NCBI GenBank assembly: GCA_963816145.1
Contig: CAWFJP010000003.1
Span: 768,001-832,000, forward strand
Source: an uncultured delta proteobacterium
GTDB taxonomy: Bacteria; Desulfobacterota; Binatia; UBA9968
Length of the DNA: 64,000 nucleotides
Reading direction: 5' to 3'
The notes under the pieces: model-generated
Told to the model about the DNA's origin: nothing
The model's input: only the letters and a program-made list of their open reading frames with translations
The model's database searches: none
Shown here: one piece after another, positions 40,362-50,049 of the stretch
Position numbering within the stretch: position 1 is the stretch's first letter
Layout: the number at the start of each line of letters is the position of its first letter
Made by a program: the position numbers and the translations under genes

Positions 40362-40765
40362 TGCCCCGAGTGGTGTTCGATCCCTCGGTCTCATCAATTG
40401 TCGTTGACCTCTTAGTTGAAGCCGTCGATGGCCAGTCGTCTCTTGTTATACCCGTCGTGCTCGACACCGGAGCGAGCTTGACGATCTTAGCTACCGATAT
40501 CATGGCCCGGCTCGGGTACGACCCCGCCCATCCCGAGCTCGACCGACAACGGATCGTAACGGGAAGCGGTGTTGAATATGCGCCACGAACCGCCGTACGT
40601 TCCGCGACCGCGATTGGGCAGAAGGTCGCCAACCTCGATGTTTTATGCCACGACCTACCTTCCGAGAGCGGTGTTGATGGTTTGCTGGGTCTCAACTTCC
40701 TCAGACACTTCAAACTCACGATCCGCTTTCGCAAAGGTATTATCGATCTCAGCCGCGAACGTTAA
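40361..40765 (+). CDS. Retropepsin-like (clan AA) aspartyl protease
   Basis: VLDTGASLT and DGLLGLNFL motifs. Confidence 0.88.
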   Translation: MPRVVFDPSVSSIVVDLLVEAVDGQSSLVIPVVLDTGASLTILATDIMARLGYDPAHPELDRQRIVTGSGVEYAPRTAVRSATAIGQKVANLDVLCHDLPSESGVDGLLGLNFLRHFKLTIRFRKGIIDLSRER

Positions 40766-40828
40766 TCAACTTCTCCTGAGTTACACCGAGCGAGACCGCA
40801 GATTGTTTTCACGCCTTCCGCCTCACGT

Positions 40829-41818
40829 CTACTTGATCACCCTATCCGCCCGGAACAACACCGATTGCGGGATGTTAATACCTAACGCCTTCGCCGTCTT
40901 GAGGTTGATGTCAAACTCGAACTTCGTCGGTTGTTCGACCGGCAAGTCGGCGGGTTTTGTGCCTTTCAAGATTTTGTCGACAAAAGTCGCGGCGCGGCGA
41001 AACTGCTGCATATCGTTGGCTGAATAGGACATCATTCCGCCGGCGTCGACCCAAGCGCTGCCTTCGAACATCGAGGGCCATCGATGCTTGATCGCCAGCT
41101 CGGTGATCCGCTTCGAGTTATAGAAGATCGGGCCGTTGGTAATCGCTATGAGCGCTCGCGCGCCCGCCTTGATTCCGGTTCGGAACGCGCCTTCGATGTC
41201 CGGAGTGGATCCGCGCACGGTGAGTGATTGAAGCTCAAGCTTCAGGGCACGCGCTGCGGACTCATAGTCTTTATAACCCGTAGCCGACGCCGACTCGTCC
41301 GCATCCCGAAGAATTCCTACGCGCCCTAACTTCGGAACCGCTTCCTTGAGCAACTCCAGCCGCTTCCCGCTCAGGTCTCGCTGGAGGGTGGCGAGTCCCG
41401 TGATATTCCCGCCCGGGCGCGCCAAGCTCTCGATCAGCCGTTCCGAAACCGGATCGATTTGACTCACCATTATGATAGGAATCGTTTTAGTCGCCTCTTT
41501 TGCCGCGCGGATGGCGGCTACCATCGGTAAGACCATAACGTCGACCTTGAGTCGCACCAGTTCACCGACCAGCCCGGCTATAGGCTCCTGTTTACCCTCC
41601 GCGCCGCGAAACTCAATCACGAAGTCTTTGCCGTCGACATAGCCGAGCGCGGCCAAGCCGCGCCGCAATTCTTCGACGTAAGGTCCGGGTTTGGCGGCGC
41701 TGCCGGTTCCGGAAATATAACCGATACGGGGAATGTTCTTTGCCTGCTGGGCGCTGCTGCGCGAAGCAACCGCTAGTAAGAAAGTTACCAGTAAAGCGAT
41801 AAGTAATTTATGAATCAT
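40829..41818 (-). CDS. ABC_sub_bind family binding protein (array)
   Basis: Signal peptide, IPRIGY, SLARPGGNITG, RAATFVDKILKG, RADRVIK*. Confidence 0.9.
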   Translation of the reverse strand: MIHKLLIALLVTFLLAVASRSSAQQAKNIPRIGYISGTGSAAKPGPYVEELRRGLAALGYVDGKDFVIEFRGAEGKQEPIAGLVGELVRLKVDVMVLPMVAAIRAAKEATKTIPIIMVSQIDPVSERLIESLARPGGNITGLATLQRDLSGKRLELLKEAVPKLGRVGILRDADESASATGYKDYESAARALKLELQSLTVRGSTPDIEGAFRTGIKAGARALIAITNGPIFYNSKRITELAIKHRWPSMFEGSAWVDAGGMMSYSANDMQQFRRAATFVDKILKGTKPADLPVEQPTKFEFDINLKTAKALGINIPQSVLFRADRVIK

Positions 41819-41850
41819 TAAGCCCTTCTTACTGTTGCCTATTGCCTTCT

Positions 41851-42832
41851 TCAGCGGATTACTCGATCCGCTCGTGCTAACACGTTGGGCGGCACGGTCA
41901 AGCCAATCTGCTTGGCGGCTTTCAGATTGACGGTGAATTCGAATTTCTTCGGCTGCTCTACGGGAAGATCAGCGGGCTTGGCACCTTTGAGAATCTTGTC
42001 GACATAAGTCGCGGCGCGGCGGAAAAGTTCGGGATAGTTGGTGCCGTAAGTCATTAAACCACCGGCCTCGACATACTCAGGTCGGGCGTACGCCGCCGGC
42101 AAGCGGAGCTTGGCGGCAAGATCGACAACTTGTTGACGTTTGAGATTGAGGATCGGATTGCCCAGCACCATGAGTGCGTCGGCGCGCCCCTTGGCGGCGG
42201 CGCGAAGAACCGGTTCGATATCCTTGGCATCTTGAACATCCAGATAACGCAAATAAATTTCTTATGCGCCGGCTGCCAGCACAGTCTCTCGCAGAGGCTT
42301 GCGCATCCCCGGGATTGGTCGAATTACCAATCACGGCGACACGCGAGAGTTTGGGCTTGATTTCCTTCAGCAGCTCCAGTTGTTTGCCGCTCATTTCCGG
42401 TGAAAGAGCCGAAAGACCCGTAATGTTGCCTCCAGGTTTCGCCAAGCTAGCGACGAAGCCGCTGCCGACCGGATCGGTATCTTGGGCCATAATGATCGGT
42501 ATCGTCGTCGTCGCCTCCCTCAAAGTGCGCGTTATCGTCGGCCCGGCCGAGACAATAAGATCGACTTTCAGACGCACCAGCTCGACAGCGATCTCGCTGC
42601 GCCGCTCGGGCTTCAAGTCTGCGGAGCGCCACTCGATTATAATGTTCTTACCGTCGACGTAACCGAGCTCGCGCAGACCCTGGCGGAATCCGTCGACGCG
42701 CGCCGCGATTGACGTCACCGGTGAGTCGGACTCAAAGCCAATTCGCGGAACTTTCGCCGGCTGCTGCGCGCGGGCGGAAACAGTTGGCAGCAACAAAGCT
42801 GTCAGCAACCAAACAAATATTTTTCTTTTCAT
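41851..42832 (-). pseudogene. ABC_sub_bind family binding protein with frameshift and stop
   Basis: +1 base near 42295 (GDAQA|LRETVLAAGA) and in-frame TAA near 42263. Confidence 0.8.
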
Positions 42833-42894
42833 TTTTTGTCTCCCGTAGTTTGCCCGCGCTTTGCTCTTCCTACTGACTTCTCACTTTTAACTTT

Positions 42895-43869
42895 TCACCG
42901 AATTACTTTGTCCGCCCGCGCCAGCACATTCGGCGGAATCGTCAAGTCGATCTGCTTAGCCGCTTTTAGATTGACGATGAACTCGAACTTCTTTGGCTGT
43001 TCGACGGGAAGGTCGGCGGGCTTGGTACCTTTCAAAATCTTGTCTACGTACGCCGCGGCGCGGCGGTACAAGTCGTCAAAGCTGACGCCGTAACTCGCCA
43101 GCCCTCCTGCTTCGACAAATGCTGCAAAGGGGTAGATCACCGGGAGCCGACTCTTTGCCGCGGTGTCGACAACTTGTTGTCGCTGTGAGTTGAGGACCGG
43201 TGACAGTAATGCGAGCACGGCTTCAGCCCGTCCCTTAATTGCGCTACGAAATGCGCTGTCAACATCCTTGGGGCTCTGTACGTCGATATAGCGATGCGTC
43301 ACTGCCAACGCGCTGGCGGCGATTTCTGCCTCCTTCCGCATTTGCGCCTGCCCTGGAATATTCGCAGTACCGAGGATCGCCACCGCCGAGATTTTTGGCG
43401 CGATCTCTTTGAGCAGTTCCAGTTGTTTGCCGCTGATCTCCGGGGCGTAGGTTGCCAGTCCGGTAATGTTGCCGCCGGGTCGCGCCAAACTGGCGACAAA
43501 TCCTGTCGCCACAGGATCGGTATCCTGTGCCATCACGATGGGGATCGTCGTCGTTGCGTCCTTGGAGGCTCTGGTCGCCCCCGGACCTCCAGTGACAATG
43601 ACGTCGACCTTGAGCCGCACGAGCTCGGCCGCGAGCACGGGGAAGCGATCGAGTTTGTCCTCGGCATAGCGATACTCGATGAGGATGTTTTTCCCCTCGA
43701 CATAACCAAGCTCGCGCAGCCCCTGGCGCAGCGCTTCGATGCGTGTGGATACGGCCGTAGGATCTGAACCCAGGAATCCGATGCGCGGTATCTTCGCCGG
43801 CAGCTGCGCGGACGCGCTAAGCGCCAAGAGCAAAGCGCTAAGCGTAAGAAGGATGACATTGCTTCTCAT
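42895..43869 (-). CDS. ABC_sub_bind family binding protein (array), MRSNVILLTLSALLLALS leader
   Basis: Family motifs; ends VLARADKVIR*. Confidence 0.9.
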   Translation of the reverse strand: MRSNVILLTLSALLLALSASAQLPAKIPRIGFLGSDPTAVSTRIEALRQGLRELGYVEGKNILIEYRYAEDKLDRFPVLAAELVRLKVDVIVTGGPGATRASKDATTTIPIVMAQDTDPVATGFVASLARPGGNITGLATYAPEISGKQLELLKEIAPKISAVAILGTANIPGQAQMRKEAEIAASALAVTHRYIDVQSPKDVDSAFRSAIKGRAEAVLALLSPVLNSQRQQVVDTAAKSRLPVIYPFAAFVEAGGLASYGVSFDDLYRRAAAYVDKILKGTKPADLPVEQPKKFEFIVNLKAAKQIDLTIPPNVLARADKVIR

Positions 43870-44012
43870 ATGTTTTCTCCGGTTTCTTGCCCTTGGCTCT
43901 TTCCCCTTTGCCTTTGCGGTTTGACCTTGAGTCCAAACCTCGTGGTGAATACGGGCGACTCATCGCACATACAAAAATTTTCCGAGTCGCCTTACCCCTT
44001 ACCCTTCACGCC

Positions 44013-44051
44013 TCACCGTAGTACTTTGTCCGCCCACGCCAGCACATCGGG
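44013..44051 (-). pseudogene. Orphan 3' end (12 codons plus stop) of an ABC_sub_bind gene
   Basis: Minus strand CCCGATGTGCTGGCGTGGGCGGACAAAGTACTACGGTGA = PDVLAWADKVLR*, against consensus PNVLARAD(R/K)VIR*. Confidence 0.75.
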
Positions 44052-44080
44052 CTAGTCGTACCCGCGTCTTGCCAGCCAAA

Positions 44081-44125
44081 TTGACAGGGCGGCATTTATG
44101 CAATATGGTTATTAATATTAACCCA
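44081..44125 (+). promoter_or_regulatory. Sigma70 promoter and probable operator of the TA module
   Basis: TTGACA-17 nt-TATGGT, overlapped by the AT-rich inverted repeat GGTTA-TTAATAT-TAACC. Confidence 0.6.
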
Positions 44126-44146
44126 TTACTTTGATGAGGATAATTG

Positions 44147-44452
44147 ATGCCAGCCGTCAAAAAACAATATGAAGTGGTCAGCGTTTCGTTGCCCCGCGAA
44201 TTGGTGCAGCGCGCCAACGCGGTGATTCCGAAAGCGCGCCGCAGCAAGGTCATCACCAGCATGCTGACCGCCTTCCTCGATTCGGTTGCCCGCAAACAAT
44301 TGGAGCGTGACTACGCCGATTATTATGCCGGCCGCTCCGGCCGCGATATCGACGAGGAAAAAGAGCAGCTTGCCGAGTGGCGATTGAGCGACGCCGAGGC
44401 CTGGAGCATCCTTGAAAAGGAGGAGTCGCGTGGTCGCGGTGCGGCGCGGTGA
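44147..44452 (+). CDS. Ribbon-helix-helix-type antitoxin
   Basis: VVSVSLPRELV...RSKVI, acidic C-terminus; overlaps the toxin gene. Confidence 0.75.
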   Translation: MPAVKKQYEVVSVSLPRELVQRANAVIPKARRSKVITSMLTAFLDSVARKQLERDYADYYAGRSGRDIDEEKEQLAEWRLSDAEAWSILEKEESRGRGAAR

Positions 44453-44774
44453 TGTCGTGCTGGTCAATCTCGATCCAACCATCGGCGTCGAGATCAAGAA
44501 AACCCGGCCCGCCATCGTATTGTCCAACGACGCAATCAATCAATACAGCCAACTGGCGGTGATCGTGCCGTTGACCAAGAACATCGCCCGGCTCTCGCCC
44601 AGTCACACGCTCATCGCCAAAGGAACCGCGCGCCTCACTTTTGCATCGAAAGTCGTCACCGAGCAGATCAAAGCCGTCGACAAGCAACGCATCGTCAAGC
44701 GGCTGGGAAGCTTGCCGGCAGCCCTGCTCGCACAAGTCGAGCGCGCCGTCAAAAATACTCTGGCGTTGCCGTAA
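44430..44774 (+). CDS. mazF: PemK/MazF family toxin (endoribonuclease)
   Basis: RRGDVVLVNLDPTIGVEIKKTRPAIVLSND, VPLT, EQIKAVDKQR; RBS AGGAGG. Confidence 0.92.
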   Translation: MVAVRRGDVVLVNLDPTIGVEIKKTRPAIVLSNDAINQYSQLAVIVPLTKNIARLSPSHTLIAKGTARLTFASKVVTEQIKAVDKQRIVKRLGSLPAALLAQVERAVKNTLALP

Positions 44775-44815
44775 TCTCCTCACCCACTCGCGGGTTTTGC
44801 CATCCTCCCCAGTTA

Positions 44816-45790
44816 TCATCGAATCACCCGATCCGCCCGCGCCAACACGTTCGGCGGCACCGTCAAGCCGATCTGCTTTGCGGTCTTGAGGTTGACGAAC
44901 AACTCGATCTTATCGACGCCTTCCACCGGCAGATCTTTGGGTTTAACACCGTTGAGAATGCGCTGCACATACTTCGCCGAGAGCCGCCCGACTTCGTGAA
45001 AGCTGACGCTGTAACTCGAAAAGCCGCCGCTTATGACAATACTTTGCCGTGGGAAACTTGTCGGCAGCCGCTGGCGATTTGCAATATCGATAATGAGCCT
45101 CGATTGATTGTCCACTTCCGGGTCCGCCACGGCGAAAAAAGCATCGGCATCCCCGGCCTTGAGGGCGTGAATTGCTGCCAGGAGTTCTTCAGTCGAACTG
45201 TAGTGGCGTTCGATCAACCGGAGGCCCAGCTGCGCTGCCGCCTCGCGCGCGGCCTTGGACGACTCGATAGCGACGGTCGTGCGCGGATTGTACAATGTAA
45301 CCACTCGCCGGAGCTTGGGGACGAGCTCTTTTAACAGCTCCAACCGCTTCCCGGTCAGATCAGCGTCGCGGTAGTAAACCCCGGTAAGCCGGCCTCCCGG
45401 CGCAGCAAAGCTATCGACCAAGCCGAGAGCGACGGGATCGGTACCGGCACAGAAAACCAGTGGGGTATTTGCCGTCGCTCGCCTTGCGGCGATCGTACTG
45501 CCGGTCGAACTGGCATAGATGAGATCGACATTGTCTTGCTCAAACTTCTTCGCCGCCGCTTGCGCCAGCTTTGCATCACCCTGCCAATCTTGCACTGCCA
45601 GCACAAACTGTTTGCCTTCTTCAAGACCGAGCGGCTTGAGACCGCTTTTCAGACCATCAATGATCTCATACCATGCATCGCCGGGAACCAGCGCGCCGAT
45701 TTTGAACACTTTTGCCGGCTGGGCTGCGCTGATCGATGCAGTTGCCAGGAGTAAAACCGCCGCCCACAAACCAAAAAAGCTTTTTCTCAT
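44816..45790 (-). CDS. ABC_sub_bind family binding protein (array; divergent member)
   Basis: GLEEGKQF, DPVALGLVDSFAAPGG, NLKTAKQIGLTVPPNVLARADRVIR*. Confidence 0.9.
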   Translation of the reverse strand: MRKSFFGLWAAVLLLATASISAAQPAKVFKIGALVPGDAWYEIIDGLKSGLKPLGLEEGKQFVLAVQDWQGDAKLAQAAAKKFEQDNVDLIYASSTGSTIAARRATANTPLVFCAGTDPVALGLVDSFAAPGGRLTGVYYRDADLTGKRLELLKELVPKLRRVVTLYNPRTTVAIESSKAAREAAAQLGLRLIERHYSSTEELLAAIHALKAGDADAFFAVADPEVDNQSRLIIDIANRQRLPTSFPRQSIVISGGFSSYSVSFHEVGRLSAKYVQRILNGVKPKDLPVEGVDKIELFVNLKTAKQIGLTVPPNVLARADRVIR

Positions 45791-45846
45791 AGGTATTTTC
45801 CGCGTCCCGAAACTCTTACTGTTGCCTAGTGCCCAATGCCTTTTGC

Positions 45847-46923
45847 CTACTTAATCACCCGATCCGCCCGCGCCAGCACGTTCGGCGGTACCGGCAGGCC
45901 GATTTGCTTGGCTGCTTGCAAATTGACGATGAACTCAAATTTAATCGGCTGCTCCACTGGTAAGTCGGCGGGTGTTCTGCCTTTGAGAATTTTGTCCACA
46001 TAGACGGCCGCGCGCCTCGACAAGTCCGTGAGGCTCGCCGCATAGCTCATAAGTCCACCGGCATCGACAAATTCTGCGCTGTTGTAGATCGCCGGGAGCC
46101 GGCTCTTTGCCGCGAGTTCGACGATCTCGGTGCGCTGAGCAGTGGCTAGGCCGCCCGCCAATAAAATAAGGACTGCGTTAGCCCGCCCCTTGCTAGCAGC
46201 TCGGAATGCAATCTCAATATCCTTGGGACTTAGTATGTCTAGGTATTGAACCTTCACTCCGAACGCCCCTGCGGCAAGTTCCACTTCTTTTAACGATTGT
46301 GGGTTGGACGGTTCGGTCGAATTCCCCAGGACGGCCACGCGGGAGAACTTAGGAACGGTCTCCTTTAGAACCTCCAGTCGTTTTCCACTAAGCTCCGGTG
46401 CGAGCGACGACAATCCAGTGATATTTCCGCCAGGCCGTGCAAGGTTAGCGACGAACCCGCTGCCTACTGGATCGCCTTCATTGGTCATGACAATGGGAAT
46501 CGTCGAAGTTGCCTGCTTAATAAGAAGACGGGTTACTGTCGGACCAGCCGAGACGAGGATGTCGACCTTGAGCCGCACTAGGTCGGCCGCAAGTTCACTC
46601 AGGCGATCGGTTTTTCCCTCTGCAAAGCGCCGCTCGATGGCAACGTTTTTCCCTTCGACATAGCCAAGCTCACGGAGCCCCTGCAGGAATGCCTCGATGC
46701 GGCCTGCGTAAGCCGCAGCGCTAGTCCCGCCTAGGTATCCTATCCGCGGGATTTTCGCCGGCTGCTGGGCCTGAGTGGGGGAGCCGGGAGCAAGGAGCAG
46801 GGAGCAAAGAGCAAGAAAGACTGTGGCACATAGGCCACGCGCTAGAAGTAAAGCGTTAAACGAGATTTCCAAGGTTTGTTTCCTCAGTGAGGTTTCCTGT
46901 GTGTTTTCTGGCTCCTTGCCCAA
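45847..46923 (-). CDS. ABC_sub_bind family binding protein (array; start uncertain)
   Basis: Family motifs; the leader LALCSLLLAPGSP is encoded by a TGCTCCY heptamer arm. Confidence 0.88.
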   Translation of the reverse strand: MGKEPENTQETSLRKQTLEISFNALLLARGLCATVFLALCSLLLAPGSPTQAQQPAKIPRIGYLGGTSAAAYAGRIEAFLQGLRELGYVEGKNVAIERRFAEGKTDRLSELAADLVRLKVDILVSAGPTVTRLLIKQATSTIPIVMTNEGDPVGSGFVANLARPGGNITGLSSLAPELSGKRLEVLKETVPKFSRVAVLGNSTEPSNPQSLKEVELAAGAFGVKVQYLDILSPKDIEIAFRAASKGRANAVLILLAGGLATAQRTEIVELAAKSRLPAIYNSAEFVDAGGLMSYAASLTDLSRRAAVYVDKILKGRTPADLPVEQPIKFEFIVNLQAAKQIGLPVPPNVLARADRVIK

Positions 46924-46939
46924 ATCCCCCTGCTCCCTG

Positions 46940-47929
46940 CTATTTTAGGACCCGATTCGCCCGTGACAGAAACTCCGGCGAGAGCGATAGTCCGATCTGT
47001 TTTGCCGCCTTCAAGTTGATGACAAACTCAAACTTCGAGGCCTGCTGCACCGGCAAGTCAGCTGGTTTGGCGCCCCTCAAAATCTTGTCGACGTAAACCG
47101 CCGCGCGCCGGTAGAGGTCATTGAAGTCCGCACCGTAAGACATGAGCCCGCCGGCTTCGACAAATTCATCCTGTGGGTAGATCGCCGGTAAACGGTGATT
47201 ACCGGCAAGCTCGACGATGCGCTTTCTTTCGGCCACAAAGCGGTTAGTAACGTACGTCATGATCCCGCCCGCCTGTTTCTGCTTTGCAATTTGAAAAGCG
47301 CTTTCTACACCTTTGGAGTCGGGTTTAGTTTCGATCTCTTCCAATTTCAGTTTCAGTGCCGAAGCCGCGGCCCTGAGTTCTTTCATTTGAAGATTCCCTG
47401 CCTCGCCGCTTCCTGGCGGCCGCAGAAGTCCGACACGGGCGAGCTTGGGGACCGCGTCCTTGAGTATCTCCAGCCTCTTGGTATTCAGCTCCACTGCTAG
47501 ACTTGACAGCCCCGTGACGTTGCCTCCGGGCCGGGCCAGACTGGCAACCATCCCTTCACCTACGGCGTCCGCGGGGTTGGTCATGACGATCGGGATGGTA
47601 GTTGTGGCTTCCTTCGCCGCCAACACCGCAGCTCCGGCTGTGACCAAGATCAGATCAACCTTCAGCCGGACCAGTTCCGCGGCGAGGCCAGTCAGCCGCT
47701 CTCGTTTTTGATCGCCGTAGCGGTATTCGAAGGTGAAACTTTTTCCCTCGATCCATCCAAGCCTGCCCATCTCCTGGCGGAACGCATCCAGGTAGTCAGC
47801 GTTACCGGAAGCCGTGCTTGCGGTGAGGAATCCTATTCGAACAATTTTCCCTACCTGCTGCGCATTGGCGGCGGGGGTGGAAACAAGAATGACGCTTGCC
47901 AGGAACCAGTTGAGAATCGATTTCATCAT
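46940..47929 (-). CDS. ABC_sub_bind family binding protein (array)
   Basis: Family motifs; ends RANRVLK*. Confidence 0.9.
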   Translation of the reverse strand: MMKSILNWFLASVILVSTPAANAQQVGKIVRIGFLTASTASGNADYLDAFRQEMGRLGWIEGKSFTFEYRYGDQKRERLTGLAAELVRLKVDLILVTAGAAVLAAKEATTTIPIVMTNPADAVGEGMVASLARPGGNVTGLSSLAVELNTKRLEILKDAVPKLARVGLLRPPGSGEAGNLQMKELRAAASALKLKLEEIETKPDSKGVESAFQIAKQKQAGGIMTYVTNRFVAERKRIVELAGNHRLPAIYPQDEFVEAGGLMSYGADFNDLYRRAAVYVDKILRGAKPADLPVQQASKFEFVINLKAAKQIGLSLSPEFLSRANRVLK

Positions 47930-47975
47930 GCATTTTGCTCCGATGTTTTTACTAATAGCGGATCGCTGACGACTG

Positions 47976-48968
47976 TCATCGAATAACCTTGTCGGCCCGA
48001 TACAGCAGCGACTGCGGAATCGTCACGCCGATCTGCTTGGCGGTCTTGAGATTGAATATCAGCTCGAACTTTGTCGGCTGTTCGACTGGCAGGTCGCCGG
48101 GTTTAGCACCTTTTAGGATTCTGTCGACGTAGTATGCGACGCGGCGGTAGCTGTCCGCCTGGTCCGCTCCGTAGTACATAAGCCCGCCTTCAGTTACATA
48201 TTCGCTTCTGCCGTATACTGACGGTAACTGGCTATTTAGCGCAAAGCCGACGATCCGTTTCTGATTGGAATTCAGCAGCGCGCCCGTGGAAACGTAGAGT
48301 CCATCCGGGCGCTGCTTGCCGATCGCGGCAAAAACCTTCTCGAAATCATCCTGGCCTCGCACCTGCCAGGTTTGGATGGTCATCTTCTGCGCACGTGCCA
48401 CGGCTGGCAGAACCTCTTTAAGCTCCGATCCGGCAGACAGAGTGCTTTCGTCGTGGAGAACCGCGACGTGGGTAAGTTTGGGGACGGCTTCTTTGAACAG
48501 CTCCAACCGCTTCCCGCCTAGTTCAAGGACGAGGCTTGTCAGACCGGTGACAATACCGCCCGGACGAGCGAGGCTTTTAACGAAGCCTGCTTTGACAGGA
48601 TCGACACCACCGCCGGTCATGATGATGGGAATCGTCTTGGTCGCATTGATGGCGGCCCTGAGCAGGACGTCGCCGCCTGCTACTAAGATGATATCGATAT
48701 TGAGACGCGCCAACTCCGCCGCAAGTTTAGGGAACCGGTCGCTCTTCCCCTCCGCATATCGGTACTCAATGGCGATGTTCTGTCCTTCGATGTAGCCCAG
48801 CTCGCGCAGACCCAGCCGCACTCCTTCCGCACGACTGGAGTCGTTAGCTGGATCCCGCGCCGATAGATAACCTATCCGCGGGATTTTCCTCGGCTGCTGC
48901 GCAATGGCGACCATGGCATTTATCAGCAAGACAGTAACCAGTCCCCAGAAGATAGTTTTCTTTGTCAT
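47976..48968 (-). CDS. ABC_sub_bind family binding protein (array)
   Basis: MTKKTIFWG leader; family motifs; similar to 36020-37012 (ADSYRRVAYYVDRILKG). Confidence 0.9.
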   Translation of the reverse strand: MTKKTIFWGLVTVLLINAMVAIAQQPRKIPRIGYLSARDPANDSSRAEGVRLGLRELGYIEGQNIAIEYRYAEGKSDRFPKLAAELARLNIDIILVAGGDVLLRAAINATKTIPIIMTGGGVDPVKAGFVKSLARPGGIVTGLTSLVLELGGKRLELFKEAVPKLTHVAVLHDESTLSAGSELKEVLPAVARAQKMTIQTWQVRGQDDFEKVFAAIGKQRPDGLYVSTGALLNSNQKRIVGFALNSQLPSVYGRSEYVTEGGLMYYGADQADSYRRVAYYVDRILKGAKPGDLPVEQPTKFELIFNLKTAKQIGVTIPQSLLYRADKVIR

Positions 48969-49013
48969 GGTCTTCACTCTTACTATTGCCTGTTGCCTCA
49001 TGCCTGTTGCCTA
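48969..49013 (-). repeat. AGGCANN x4 heptamer spacer starting in the stop codon
   Basis: TAGGCAACAGGCATGAGGCAACAGGCAATAGTAAGAGTGAAGACC-ATG; near copies at 51034-51080, 54229-54273, 55255-55299, 62521-62566, 45791-45849, 41819-41850. Confidence 0.85.
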
Positions 49014-49994
49014 CTTAATCACCCGCTCCGCCCGCGCGAGCACATTGGGAGGTATGGTCAAGCCGATTTGTTTTGCCGCCTTGAGGTTGAACACCAGATC
49101 GAACTTTATCGGCTGCTCTACCGGAAGATCGGCCGGCTTCGCGCCTTTAAGAATCTTGTCGACAAAGATCGCGGCACGGCGAAACAAGTCGTTGGTATTC
49201 GCTCCGTAGGTCATCAAGCCACCGTCATCTACGTAGTCGACCCTGGGATAAATCCCCGGCCAGCGGTTTTTTGTGGCGAGCTCGACGATCTGTTGGCGAT
49301 GGGTGTTGAAAACGGAGCTGGGCATCACGAGCAACCCTTCCACCTGTTTTTTCCCTGCCGACAGAAACGCTGGCTCGATGTCGGGAGCATTTCTGACGTC
49401 GAGATAAAATCGCTGAATGCCGAACCCTTGGGCGGCGCGATCGGTCTCGCGCACCGCTTGCGGATTACCCGGTTCGGTTAGATCCCTCAACACCGCCAGC
49501 CGTGCAAGTTTCGGCATGACTTCCTTCAGGATCTCCACTTGCTTGCCGCTCAACTCGGTGGTCAGGTTCGCCAATCCGGTAACGTTGCCACCGGGCTGGG
49601 CCAGACTAGTGACGAATCCCGACCCGACCGGATCGTTGTCCTGGGCCATGACGATGGGAATCGTTGCGGTCGCTTCCTTGGCCGGCCGGGTTGCCTGCGA
49701 ACCGGCGGTGACGATCACGTTAACCTTGAGCTTCGCCAAGTCGGCGGCCTGGTCGGACAGCCGATCGACCTTGCCTTCACCGTAGCGGTACTCGACCACA
49801 ATCGTCTTGCCCTCGATATAGCCACGCTCGCGCAGTCCCTGGCGAAATGCCTCGACGCGACTAGAGATGGAAGCAGCGGTGCCAGCACCCAAAAAACCGA
49901 TTCGCGGGATTTTCGTTGACTGCTGCGCTTGCGCGGACACGCTAAGCGCCAAGAGCAAAGCGCTAAGCGTAAGAAGAATGACATTGCTTCTCAT
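49011..49994 (-). CDS. ABC_sub_bind family binding protein (array), MRSNV leader
   Basis: Family motifs. Confidence 0.9.
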   Translation of the reverse strand: MRSNVILLTLSALLLALSVSAQAQQSTKIPRIGFLGAGTAASISSRVEAFRQGLRERGYIEGKTIVVEYRYGEGKVDRLSDQAADLAKLKVNVIVTAGSQATRPAKEATATIPIVMAQDNDPVGSGFVTSLAQPGGNVTGLANLTTELSGKQVEILKEVMPKLARLAVLRDLTEPGNPQAVRETDRAAQGFGIQRFYLDVRNAPDIEPAFLSAGKKQVEGLLVMPSSVFNTHRQQIVELATKNRWPGIYPRVDYVDDGGLMTYGANTNDLFRRAAIFVDKILKGAKPADLPVEQPIKFDLVFNLKAAKQIGLTIPPNVLARAERVIK

Positions 49995-50049
49995 ATGTTT
50001 TCTCCCGTTTCTTGAACTTGTCTCTTTGCACGATACCCCTTGCGTTCTA

